Below are positions 32,354 to 45,827 of a DNA stretch of 64,000 nt, in pieces. Both the position numbers and the translations under genes were made by a program. The notes beneath the pieces are model-generated. The model did not search any database. It had not been told where the DNA came from and saw only the letters and a program-made list of their open reading frames with translations. Numbering within the stretch: position 1 is the first letter of the stretch; each line of letters begins with the position of its first letter. Source of the stretch: Chrysomallon squamiferum (taxonomy: Eukaryota > Animalia > Mollusca); contig CM022678.1 in NCBI GenBank assembly GCA_012295275.1, positions 19,530,001 through 19,594,000 of the forward strand, in the 5' to 3' direction.

Positions 32354-33016
32354 CTTCACGCCGCGACTGGTTCGTTTTAGTCTCGATAAACTCAGCCTCT
32401 TTCTGAATCATTATCTGCAGTGAAGAAGCCAGGCACTGGCGTCCTGAACAATTGAGGAATAATGGCGTGAAGAAAATAATAAGCGGAGTTACTTTTCCGT
32501 CTCGTTCGACGCGCCACTGTGTCTGCAGTTGAACCCGCAGCCTGTGATTGGTTCCAAGCAGTAATTCGAGATAAATATCTGGCAAAAATACACCGTTATG
32601 AAGATTAACTGACAATTAAACAGTCTGTTAACGTAGTTTGTACCAGTTGGTCTGATTTCTAATGATCAGTATCTATTTGTCTCGATAAATGTATTCAGTA
32701 ATTATGTGTATATATTCAGTAATTATGTGTAAGATTTATCGATTTTTTTTTTTATTTTTAGATCGATTTTTTTTTTTTTCTTTCAAGCTTTTTTTTTTTT
32801 TCTGTCTTTCTCTGTCTTTTTAGTTATTTATTTACCGATTTATCTGTTCGTTATTTACGTTTTTAATTTAATTATTTATTTGTTTGTTTGTTTGTGTGTT
32901 TATTGATTTATTGACTGATTTATTTATATTATTTATTAGTAGTTCTTCCGGCCTCTCTGAAATTGTTGTTATTATTTATTTATACCTTAGTCTTTCTCAA
33001 AATTTATGTTTTTTTA

Positions 33017-33149
<133 letters not shown>

Positions 33150-33440
33150 CTCTTTCATGCTCTTTGGTTTATTGACTGTTGTCTCTCTCTCATTTTATAC
33201 TTTCTCTTTTTCTATCTGTCTTCCTAATATCTCTTTCTCTCTCTCTCAAACTCTCTGTCTTTCTCCCTTTCTCTCCACTCATTCGCTAGCTTTTTCTGTT
33301 TACAGATCTCACTTCCATCTCAAATTAAGATTTATATCAATGGCAGAAACCTTCAGCTATTTCTTAAACGTTTCTCTTTCTAGAAATTTTCCAACACAAA
33401 TCACTAAATCTTTCCTCCTTTTTGTATTACTGTCAGACAC

Positions 33441-33477
<37 letters not shown>

Positions 33478-34184
33478 AGAAGAAAAACGAAATTTACAGT
33501 CCGCAAATGGATAGGTCTTAGAACTGTTCACCGCAGACTGGTTACGCTTTATTCCAGATTAGCTAATGGCGCTAGAAAGTGACCGATTTCCTGTTGACAT
33601 TTTTAGAACACCAGTCGAGGAGTGACAGTTAATGACAGGCCGACATATCGAGACTGTCAGAGGTATGGCGCGTTCCTCGATTATCTAAGTACGTCAGTTC
33701 TCGTAAGACTGGCGGCCATTTTTTGCTGTTCCTCTAAATAAAATATGAAGAACTGAGTTCCTCTGCTGGAGACATTACGGTAGTTACTAAGCGAATACAC
33801 TGTAACTAAATAAATACACAATAAATAAATAAATAAATATTCTGTTAATTAAATAACTAACTAAAAATTAAACAAATAAATAAATAAATAAAGAACGAAT
33901 GAATTAAATGACAAAGAAAGTAAAACATTTCAAAAAGAACTGAGAACTGACTAAAGAAAGAATGAATGAATGAACAAGGAAAGCAATGAATGAATGATAA
34001 AAGAAGAGAGAACTTTGAACAATATAAAATGTATTGAATGTTTTGCTGTCAATGAATGAATGTGCATTAACAAAGCAAACGAACTGACAAATTAAAATGT
34101 ATGTATTTATATATATATATATAAAATGTTTTAATATATATATATAAAATCTATTTAAAAATCGCGAACAATAAAAGGAAGAAT

Positions 34185-34247
<63 letters not shown>

Positions 34248-34339
34248 ATTATTATTATTATTATATTATTGATATACTACTATTATTAAAAGCGAACAAT
34301 TATTATTATTAGAATTACTATTACTATTATTATTATTAC

Positions 34340-34407
<68 letters not shown>

Positions 34408-34854
34408 TTATATTTATATTTATTTTACTTCATTTTGTCACTACTATTTCTTAAATTTTTATTTAATTTTATTTATTACGCGTTCGTTACCACTATAAGC
34501 TTCAGCTTACTACCTAAATTTATCCAAAATTAAGAAGAAATAAAGAAACTGAAAAGAAGAAACGAAAAAAAGAAAGAAAAAGAACTCCATTTTTAAAATT
34601 TAAAGAAAAAAACCTCTACAGGGATTATCTTTATAAAATCTTTTCATTAAAAGCGAGAGTCATTGATTTTCTAATCGATTTTCACTTCTTCGTTCTCGAG
34701 TACGTACAGCAGACGGCAACTGAAAGCAGACGTGAAATGAAGCCCGTGCATTATTTGAGATCACGTGACGTGTCAACAGCCATCATGACGCTGTTCATTT
34801 CAGTTCAGGAATCGTAACAGTTACTGGTGTTACTATTTTTAGAATATATTTCCC

Positions 34855-34887
<33 letters not shown>

Positions 34888-35605
34888 CCAGTTTTTATTT
34901 CAGATTATTTCTTTTCTCCTGATTTCAGTTCTTTCATATTTCTACCCTGTCTTTATGTTTCTTTCGTTTCTTTTCAATTTCTTTCGATAAAATATCAAAA
35001 TAAAAAAAAAATATTCAGTTAATCAGATGAATGTTTACTCTCAAATCATCTAACTTCTGTAAGTGCATACGTACTTTATCTAAACCAGAAAATAAAAATT
35101 AAAATGGTTTCATTTACGTCATTATCAAAATCAAAGCAAAGACGTTTTAATGATTTTTTTTTATTAGATATTATCTTTTCAGTTTCATTTCTTTATTTAT
35201 TTACATTTTTAATCGTTTTTGTTTTTAATTTTCTTTAATTTTATTGAATTTTATTCAATTTTATTTTATTTTATTTCTATTCTATTCTATTCTGTTCTAT
35301 TCTGTATCACATATGTAATGATGGTAGCTTGACAGATGGAGAAAATGATGAATGTAAAGGAGAGTGAGGGAGTAATGGACACACGAGTGGATATAGATAT
35401 TGACGTATAATGGAATATAACGGATTCTGTATGTCTGTGTGTTTATTTTTAAACGAGGATTTTTATCCTCGCGTTTTTGCATCTGTCCCATTAGTCTAAG
35501 CTTCTTTACCGAGACAATGTGACTTAGTATTCATTACGAAACATGATTCAGTTCATGCGTCTGCAGACACTGGTGCAGCCATACCATTTATTTTTTGCAA
35601 GACGT

Positions 35606-36612
35606 AATCATTGTTTTAGCTTTATGTAATAAATCCTACTCGTTGTTTTGATCATCTGTAAAAAAAAATCTTAGTCACTGTTTTAGTCATCTGTAATAAA
35701 TCCTAGTCATTGCTTTAGTCATCTGTAATAAAACACAGTCATTGTTTTAGTCATCTGTAACAAATCCTAGTGTCTGTTTTAGTCATCTGTAACAAACCTT
35801 AGTCATTGTTTTATTCATCTGTAACAAATCCTAGTCACTGTTTTAGTCATCTGTAACAAATCCTACTCATTGTTTTAGTCATCTGTAACAAATCCTAGTC
35901 ATTGTTTTACTCATCTGTAACAAATCCTAGTCATTGTTTTACTCATCTGTAACAAATCCTAGTCATTGTTTTACTCATCTGTAACAAATCGCTGTCATTG
36001 ATTTAGTTCTCTGTAACAAATCGCAGTCATTGTTTTAGTCATCTCTAATAAATCCTAGTCACTGTTTTAGTATCTCTAACAAATCCTAGTCATTATTTTA
36101 GTCATCTGTAACAAATCCTAGTCATTGTTTTAGTCATCTGTAACAAATCGCAGTCATTGTTTTACTCATCTGTAACAAATCCTAGTCACTGTTTTAGTCA
36201 TCTCTAACAAATCCTAGTCATTGATTTAGTCATCTCTAACAAATCTTAGTCATTGCTTTAGTCATCTGTAACAAATCCTAGTCTCTGTTGTTTTAGTCAT
36301 CTGTAACAAATCCTAGTCATTGTTTTAGTCATCTGTAACAAACCCTAGTCACTGTTTTATTCATCTGTAACAAATCCTAGTTTCTGTTGTTTTTGTCATC
36401 TGTAACAAATCCTAGTCATTGTTTTAGTCATCTGTAACAAACCCTAGTCACTGTTTTATTGATCTGTAACAAATCCTAGTCATTGTCTTAGTCATCTGTA
36501 ACAAATCCTAGTCATTGTTTTAGTCATCTCTAACAAATCCTAGTCATTGTTTTAGTCATCTGTAACAAATCCTAGTCATTGTTTTAGTCATCTGTAACAA
36601 ATCCTAGTCATT
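35606..36612. repeat. 32-bp tandem repeat (gtcattgttttagtcatctgtaacaaatccta), about 30 copies
   Basis: Directly visible head-to-tail copies without unique spacers. The array ends about 200 bp upstream of the S2 exon. Confidence 0.95.
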
Positions 36613-36810
36613 TGCATTACGTTTTACAGCAGTCGGAATCGACCCGTTCATCAAATGGACAACAATTCGTACATTCAACTCAATCGTTTCAGATGGGAGG
36701 GAATTAAATTATTAATTTTAAATATAAATGTTTGCAAATTTATTTATTTAATCTTTAATAGGTTCTCAGAATGAAATAAAAAAAAAAAAAAAAATTTTTT
36801 TTATTTACAG

Positions 36811-36937
36811 GAAATCGCCATGTTCCTATGGATTGTGGGTGAATCTTCACTGAGGTTGTGGTCCGCCGGATGTAGGTCGCGTTACCAAGGTTTCAGCGGA
36901 AGAATAAAATTTATGAGAAGGCCACAATGTTTGATAG
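36811..36937 (+). CDS. KCNQ: KCNQ exon: S2 and S2-S3 linker (EIAMFLWIVGESSLRLWSAGCRSRYQGFSGRIKFMRRPQCLI)
   Basis: tttacag| ... |gtaaca, 127 nt, phase 0->1. Carries the KCNQ signature RLWSAGCRSRYxGxxGRxKFxRxP. Confidence 0.96.
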
Positions 36938-36970
36938 GTAACATTCCACAGACTTTTATTATTATTATTA

Positions 36971-37006
<36 letters not shown>

Positions 37007-37713
37007 AATATATTAATACTAATACTAATAGTATTACTATAATTACTACTGCTACTACTACTACTATTATTATTATTACTACTACAACCACGACTACCAC
37101 TGTTAATGTTATTACTACTACTGTTAGTACTACTACTGCTATTACTACTTCTACTATTGCTACTAATAGTACTAGTAATATTATTACTACTACTACACTA
37201 GTACTAACACTATTATTATTATTATTATTACAAGTACTTACTAATACCACTGCTACTACCACTACCACTACTACTACTACTACTACAATTATCATTATCA
37301 TATCCAACAGCATCTTTATCATTTTTTATTATTAATATTTGTTTTATTATATAAAAAACATTTACCTCACAGCGTTTGTATTTCTGTTTGTTTCCTAATA
37401 TTCGCACAGCTTTCTAACTGTACTTTTGTCTGTCCGTCTCTCTGTCTGTATATAATCTCTAATATTTACTGTATCTCTTCTGATAACTTGCTTACTTATT
37501 TACTTATTTATTCATTAGTTTTATACAGTTTATTTATTTACTTATTTATCTATCTATCTATCTGTCTATTTATCTATCTATCTATTTATCTATCTATTTA
37601 TTTATTATTTTATCTATTTATTTTTTTATTCTTTTATTTTTATTTTTTTTATTTATTTATTTTTTTATTTATTCATTCATTTATTATTTATTTATTTATT
37701 TTTATTTATTTAC

Positions 37714-37748
<35 letters not shown>

Positions 37749-37778
37749 TTTTTTATTTTTTATTTAGTTTATTTATTA

Positions 37779-38228
37779 TTTGATTTACACAGGATTATAT
37801 ATTTATTTATTTATTTTTATTTCAGACTTTGTTCCTACTAGTGGCTACTATAGTATTCTGATATGGGATTTACACAGGATGTATATATTTATTTATTTAT
37901 TTATTTCAGATTTGCTACTAGTTACTATAGTGTCTTTGATAGTTACACAGGATGTATATATTTACTTATTTATTTACTTATTTCAGACTGTGTGCTACTA
38001 GTGGCTACTATAGTGTCTCTGATAGTGGGAAGTACACAGGATGTATATATTTACTTATTTACTTATTTATTTACTTATTTCAGACTGTGTGCTACTAGTG
38101 GCTACTATAGTATCTCTCATAGTGGGAAGTACACAGGATGTATATATTTACTTATTTATTTACTTATTTCAGACTGTGTGCTACTAGTGGCTACTATAGT
38201 ATCTCTGATAGTGGGAAGTACTCAGGAT
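37779..38228 (+). repeat. Tandem repeat (77-97 bp unit, 5 copies) made of the KCNQ splice acceptor plus the first ~56 nt of the S3 exon
   Basis: TTTCAG acceptors end at 37825, 37909, 37986, 38083 and 38172. Each is followed by actgtgtgctactagtggctactatagt...acacaggat-like sequence. Confidence 0.93.
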
Positions 38229-38348
38229 CGTTTTGCTGCGGCTTCAATCAGTGGGCTGAGATTTTTTCAAATTCTACGGATGGTGCGGATGGACAGGCGG
38301 GGCGGAACCTGGAAACTCCTGGGTTCCGTAGTCTGGGCCCACAGGCAG
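38173..38348 (+). CDS. KCNQ: KCNQ exon: S3, S4 voltage sensor and S4-S5 linker ([59 protein letters not shown])
   Basis: tttcag| ... |gtcagt, 176 nt, phase 1->0. [26 protein letters not shown] is diagnostic of KCNQ2-5/invertebrate KCNQ. Confidence 0.97.
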
Positions 38349-38494
38349 GTCAGTGATCAGTCTTAATTTATATGTAAATTAATTCAGCTGACCTAGGTCA
38401 GGGTTGATTAGTTGGTAGTGTGGTATGATACAGGTGGGATTTTTTGTTGTTTTTTTCCTGATATCGATCGTGAGTTTTTTTTTTTTTTTTGACT

Positions 38495-38622
<128 letters not shown>

Positions 38623-39655
38623 TGGTATATTTCTATGACAGAATGAAATCACGAACCAAGAGCTAGAAAATACAATCCCCGAGGGAAAGAATGAATGAAT
38701 GAAAATGAAAAACCAATGACAGAAAAGAAACTGAGATGGAGAAACAAAAAGACAGAAATAAAGATAGAGATATTTATCATTCTTTTCATATCTTGCTTTT
38801 TTTTACCAGTACATTTCACGATGCTGTTGCCACTCTTAAAACGAAATTTATCAAAAAAGTCTTAAAATTCTGTGTCAGTCATTCAGAAATCATGCCCGGT
38901 ACTGCAAATGCAGGAACTGAAAAGAATGCTATTATCGGTAATCCATACACATATTCAACAGATCACTTTAACACCGAAATGTCCTTCGCGGTGCTCCGTA
39001 CAAAAACATTTGCTACGTACGACGTATTGATGCTTCGTCAGTCCAATCACTGGCGTTAATTAATCCACGTAATCTGAAGCAGACGATCTCGCCTCTGCAC
39101 GGTCACACACAGAGGACGTTGACCCCGGCAGCTGACGTGGCGTGGACGTTAAACTGTTTCGGCCTGTCTTGGAGACCGGGGAAGAAACACGCAACCCGAG
39201 TCTGACCCTCTTCAACATTTCCAACTGGTGATTTGTCGCGGAAATTGCTCTGTTTTAATTTCCCTTGGAGTTCTTGCCTGCAGTCTCTTTGTCAGTCTGT
39301 TTGGTAAACTAAGTTCACATTCAGAGCCTGTCAGATTTGTGACAGTTGTCAAATATTACCATTCTCTTCCAGTTGTTTCTGCTGCTGCAGCTACCATCAC
39401 TTCGACGACGTCACCTTTAGCTCTTTTCTCATCTTCCTGATATTGTTTCTGTTTCTTCTCCTGCTCCGACTGCAACTGCTACTACTACTAATACCAATGC
39501 TATTGATTATTAGTAGTAGTAGAACCACCATCATCACTAGTTTTTTTACTACTACTACAGCTATTCACACCGCCGCTATTACTACTACTACTACACTACA
39601 GCTACTACTACTACTACTACTGCTGCTATAACTTCCACTAATAATTCAATTTTTC

Positions 39656-39686
<31 letters not shown>

Positions 39687-39989
39687 TTTACATAATAGCA
39701 TGGATGGAGAATACAAAAAAGGAAAGGAAAAAAACAGAGCATGTCAGATATAATTTAAAATATCGTCCTGTTATTTCCCCAGAGAAACCTTCCAGTACTT
39801 TTAAATAAATTTATCTTTTAACACTGCAAATGAATTTTCTCACGTAAACTTCACAGCGTATTCAGTTTAATAAAATACAAAGAATGATTTTTTCTCGCTC
39901 TTTTATCATCTATTATCTTTATCTCTTTCTCTCTCTATTTCTAGCTCGCTCTCTCTTTTTCTCTCTCTCTCTCTCTCTATATTTTATCT

Positions 39990-40098
<109 letters not shown>

Positions 40099-42049
40099 GT
40101 CTCTGGTATCTCTGTATATCTACAACTGTTTACTAATCCTTTTTCCTGTTTGTTTTCAAAATGTCCTGGATTCGAGATGACCCTCGACGTTTGTCCTTCA
40201 GTTCTTCCATTACCTACAAAACATCCATAAAACCTGCTCACCATCATCTTCACTCAATATTTATTCATTTATTCATTCGTCCTTTCCTCCACCGTTTCCA
40301 AAAATCAGAACAACACTCGCTCGGTCTAATTGATAACGTTAATCCGGACAAAAATCTAACGAGCAAGATGAAACAAGGGAATCAAACGAAACACGGGGAA
40401 TCAAATGAAACAAAAGGGAATCACGTGTATCAAAGACATGAGGAGGAAATATTAAATAATTTTAATGAACGATCAGACGAAAGGAAACAGTTTTTTTTTT
40501 TTTTTTTTTCCTGCTCTTGGAATATCAGGATTCCTTTGACATTAAAAGATTAAAAATATCAAAGAAAGAGCAAAGCTTCTTGTAATTATATTTAATATTT
40601 AACGGGATGAAAGTAAAATTTTCCCCTGTCATTTTAAACCAGAAAATTGTTGTGTTCAGACGTTTGGTTAGAAGTAGTTAGTGTTGTAGTTTTGTCAGGG
40701 TGATATGTACGTGGATACACTAACATATACATGTATGTTACAGAGAAATCTTCAGGCAGAGTAATAAATAATGATTTACACATAAATATATAAAAATTCT
40801 TGAAACTGACGTAACGACAGTATTAACAGAGAGAGTTAGTGAGAGAATCAGTGAGAGAATCTTTCTCTTTTCGTTTCTTTCTTTCTTTCTTAATCTAAAA
40901 TTTAATTACATTTCACCTATCAACGCGTAGAAACGTCGTCATTTAAACCAATCAAATACGTCAACACAAAACGTTCTCTGCATACTAATGAACGAGATGA
41001 CGTCATCCAGACCTTCACAAACACACAGCGTGCCTTTAGGCCATGCTAATGGACGGAACATAATGTCCTATTTAAAAAAAAAAATAACCTGGATTTTGCC
41101 TAAACGACGGTGTTTGCAATTAAAGCGGTTTGATGACGTTACAAAAAAAAAAAAAAAAAAAAAAAAAAACGGACTTAAAATTATACAACGTGTAAACTTT
41201 ATTGTTTTTCAGGCGAGGAGTATGAAGAATAAGATACGTTTATTTATTTACTTTAGTTTCATACTTCCTTATATCAGCATATTAGACAATTTCTTTTAAA
41301 AATATCATGTGGTACAATCATCTGACGTTTGAATCAATGAATAAATGAATGAATCAGTCTGTCTAGATCATATCGATCACTATTTGTTTACAGTCGTCTC
41401 AATAGTTTTAAAGTGATTTTCTCACCTTCTTCTTCGTATTTTTCTACGTATTTTTCAAAACTCCTTTCTGCTTATCCACTGAATTGCAGATTTCATATAG
41501 TTTTATATACAATTAATTGAAACAGGAAATAACTGAATATTAATAATTCGGTCCAAATTTGTAACAGCCATTAAAAGTTCTCTCTCTCTCTCTCTTTCTC
41601 TCTCTACCTCTACCTCCTTTCCATTTTGTCGAACCCGTCATTTGATCACTTACCAAGCCATCATCATCTCTTTCCAGCACACGGACACAGTAACAAAATT
41701 AAGTTACTATGGATATGAACAGAACGCGATTTCTAATTTCTCGACGAAGTGAACAAAGGCTGAACACAACGAGACGCATTTTAACTAGTTAATCACTGAA
41801 GCCCTGTTTTACACGGGTCGCTTCTTCACTTTATAGACTCCTGTAAGAATCCACACTGATTTTTTATTAAAACCTCGCCAGCGCCTTCATATAAACTCCC
41901 CCAGCCTAACAAGGTTTGTTACGTAACGATCGCTGCATTTTGCTGTCGACCGTAGTGTAACTACGATTCGAATCTTTCTACTACAATCTGAAGTGGACAT
42001 TTATGTTCTTCTGGAAAGGCAATCGTTATTGTGTTATTGTTACTCGCAC

Positions 42050-43580
42050 CGTGCAAACCAAGTTAGGTTTCATCGTATACACAAGGCGGATTTCATTCCA
42101 GTACATATGTTAATTCTGTGCTATCAAAACTGATTTATATGTATAAGTATGCCAGTTATTCTCAGGTGTATTAAACAAACCAAATTACAATGTTTCCTGT
42201 TTCTAAAATTGATATACTCCACTACGTACCAAGCGTTGTTTATTTATTATATTGCGTTACATATCTATTAAGACATCACACAAACCAAATTAGATTGGTT
42301 CTTCTTACTTTTGGATCATAACGTCACAAATAACAGTCTCAGTGCTGGCAGTATACACAAGACGTTTGACATGCTTGTCTGCACTCAGTAAACCAAGTTA
42401 GTCTGATGCTCATCAAGAAGATGGATTAAATGCCTTGATCCCAGCATATGTTAGTTAATACGGCGCCAACTGTTAAAATAGTTTGACGAACTGGGCCAGC
42501 CAAACATTTTTGTTATTATTCTCTTGGATAAACAAAACTAAGCTTGTTATTGATATATTTGGGGGAGGGGTGGGTGGAGGGTTTAAAAAAAAATTAGTTT
42601 GTTTAATATGAGTATCCCCGATAGTTAAAATAGTAAACCTCTTTGTATTTGTAGTGTAAATAAATTAAATGAAGTCGAGATTACGTTGACTGTTTATGCA
42701 CCGAACAAACCATGTTAGCCTTTCCCCCCGGTACCGAACTGGATTTAATTACATCGAACCCATTTGACGCTGCAGTTGAAATAGTGTGATGGACAAGTCG
42801 TACGTACGTTATTCCAGTTCAAAAAGCAAATAAAACCGTGATTACATTATTTTTTTCACCAAACAAACCATCTTATGTTGTTCCTAATTAATAAAGTTGA
42901 TTTAATTCCAGAATCCACCAGTAGTGTATTATTAGATCATTCTGCGTCGAAATTAAAAACTTACATCATAGGGGAAAAAAAAAAATGTTTGTGTTATTCC
43001 AGTTATGTTTTAAATCTTTAGAAATAAATGGAGTCTACATTACATAATTCTTCTTTACACCAAGCAAACCATATTAGGTTCTTCCTCGTTAAATTTTATT
43101 TTTATTTCAATATTCACCATATTTAGTTAATATGGCGTAACAGTTAAACTACTGTGTTCGAAAAATTAAAATTTACTTTATGTAGTGAAAACGAGTCAAA
43201 GGAACCTAGTTTACTCTGCTGCCTTTGGACCAAACAAACCATATTAGCCTGTACCCTGTTGACAAACCGCGCCATATGTTAGCTAATATTGTGCCACAAT
43301 TAAAATAAACTAGTGCGGTAGGAAAGTTAAATTTACTTTATTCCTGTGAGAACAAGGCAAGTGAAACTAGACTGCAACAAACAAACCATGTTAGATTGTA
43401 CCTCGTTATCAAGATATAATTAATTTCAAAAGCGACCACATGTTAGTTAACCTGGCGCCACATATGAAATATTCAAATGTGGTGGGCAAGTTAAAGTTAC
43501 GTTATTCTTAAGTGGGCGAGGCAAATAAAACTAAACCATGTTAGGTTGCACCAAACAAACTATGTTAGGTTGTTACTCGT
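42050..43580. repeat. Old degenerate tandem repeat, unit about 110-200 bp, about 10 copies
   Basis: The motif caaacaaaccatgttaggttgt recurs near 42053, 42173, 42280, 42389, 42530, 42704, 42859, 43060, 43230, 43378 and 43532-43551. It alternates with catatgttagttaatatggcgcca-like motifs near 42104, 42445, 43118, 43273 and 43438. Confidence 0.75.
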
Positions 43581-44271
43581 TAGCGCTGGACAATATTGAA
43601 AAAAACTCAACGACCGTACTGATGACTGTCTGCTACTTAACTAAAGGTCAAGAGAGGTCAGTTCTTCGTTCGTCATGGATGGTTATCTACCCTTAGTAGC
43701 TCTTCAAAATGTCGACCGGTTTTAGACTGGGAGATCCGGAGATCAAGTCTGCAGACGTGACGTTTTCTTACGACTGGGAAATTATGAGTGAATGAATGAA
43801 AGAATGAATGAATTGATGGATGGATGGATGAGTGAATGAAAGAATGAATGAATTGATGGATGGATGGATGGATGGATGGATGGATAAGTGAATGAAAGAA
43901 TGAATGAATGAGGGAGTGAATGAACAAAAGAATGAATTAATAAATGATGGGTTTAGAATTCTTAAGGTGTCGAATATTTTGTTATAGTTCTGTGCGTGTG
44001 CTTTTTTGTTTGTCTGTGTTTGTCTGTGTATGTTTCTGCTCTGTATGTGTAACACATAGGCCAGTAGATTTTGTATTCTGTTCTTTCATATTTATTTATT
44101 TATTTAATCATGTATGTATTTAATATTTATTTATTTTTGTGGGGTTTTTTTTTTGGTTTTTTTTTCAGTTTCATTATGTTTATTTTTATTACTACTGTTA
44201 TTATTATTATTACCATTATTATTATTATTACTATTATTATTATTATTACTACTACTACTACATTATTATTA

Positions 44272-44333
<62 letters not shown>

Positions 44334-44386
44334 TATTACTATTATTACTATTACTACTACTATTATTATTATTATTACTACTACTA

Positions 44387-44443
<57 letters not shown>

Positions 44444-44500
44444 GCCACGGTTAACCTGTTTATGAAACAAACAAGATGATTGGTTGTTTTCTCTTTCCAG

Positions 44501-44629
44501 GAACTGCTAACGACGCTTTACATTGGAGTGCTGGGTCTCATCTTTTCTTCCTTCTTTGTTTACCTCGTCGAAAAAGACGCTCCGATACGGAAATTCACGA
44601 GCTTCGCAGACGCCCTCTGGTGGGGAGTG
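44501..44629 (+). CDS. KCNQ: KCNQ exon: S5, turret and pore helix ([43 protein letters not shown])
   Basis: ctttccag| ... |gtaaga, 129 nt, phase 0->0. Contains the ELxTTLYIG and ADALWWG motifs. Absent from the ORF track. Confidence 0.97.
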
Positions 44630-45223
44630 GTAAGATAACATGATTATCGTTCTTTGCTAGAGGCGCAGAGAAAACAAAATATTTTGTACAGAGATATCTC
44701 CCGTTTCTGGTGGGAATTACTGTCGCGCTGAAATGGTTATTTTTAGTTCAGGCGTTATGACGTAATTAAAGATAATCTGTCCGTCTGAGGATGTAACATT
44801 TTGTTAATCCACTGTTGTGAGCGAGTTTTGATTTGTCATTTAAAAATAAAAAATAATGATGATGATAAAAATATATATTAATTTTTTTTTTTTTTAAATA
44901 AAATAAATAAACGTTCCATTTGATAACTATTCGTATATTATAGGATATTTTTTTTCCTTTTTTTTTTACTTTAATTTTTTTTTTTTTTTTTTGCCAATTT
45001 CTTATTATTAAATTATAATGTCACTTCTGGCCTCCAAACAATGTTATCTTCTGTCTTCGCTTTCAAAATGTCTTTTTTTTAACGGCTTCTGTGTTAAGCG
45101 CATTTGAACTAATGTGATTTTGATGGCAGCTCACAGAGAATAATATTAAATTAAAAAAAATAAACAATATAATCATGGAGATAGATGCCTGTATATATGG
45201 ATGGAATGTGTTGATTACGTACG

Positions 45224-45323
<100 letters not shown>

Positions 45324-45796
45324 CTTTATCAACAGATAACTAAAAACTAACAAATCACAGTAAGTGAATGGAGTGTGTATCAACAGCGGCTTTAAACAGG
45401 CGTAACATGCAATTTCTCTGGAAATCACTTTTCTCCCGCTTGACCGGAAACGATGGCGATTTCATGACAGTGGACATTCGTCAGCCGTCTGTTGATTTAT
45501 TGCGAATTACCCGTCTTCAGCGCTCGTTCATCTTCTGGCCTCGTTCTGGTACACATCGCCCGTTCTCCAGTGCTTCTGGAACATTCCGAGATATACCCAA
45601 TCGATCAGAGCCCTTTTTACCCAGTAACAGACGTCACTCGAGCTTCAAGAGGTACCGTAGTCCGGTATCGTCTCTCTTCTCGTTAACGGTCGTGATTTAG
45701 AATGGGAGAAACAAAGCAAGAGCCTGGGACTTTGGTTCTGGTGTTTGTAATTTTATTTATTTTTTATATATTCACCGGATTTTATTTTATTTTGTT

Positions 45797-45827
<31 letters not shown>

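Noticed and set aside
35606-36612. Regular ~32-bp repeats that could be mistaken for a CRISPR array
   Set aside because: The units are head-to-tail with no unique spacers, there are no cas genes, and the context is a eukaryotic intron.
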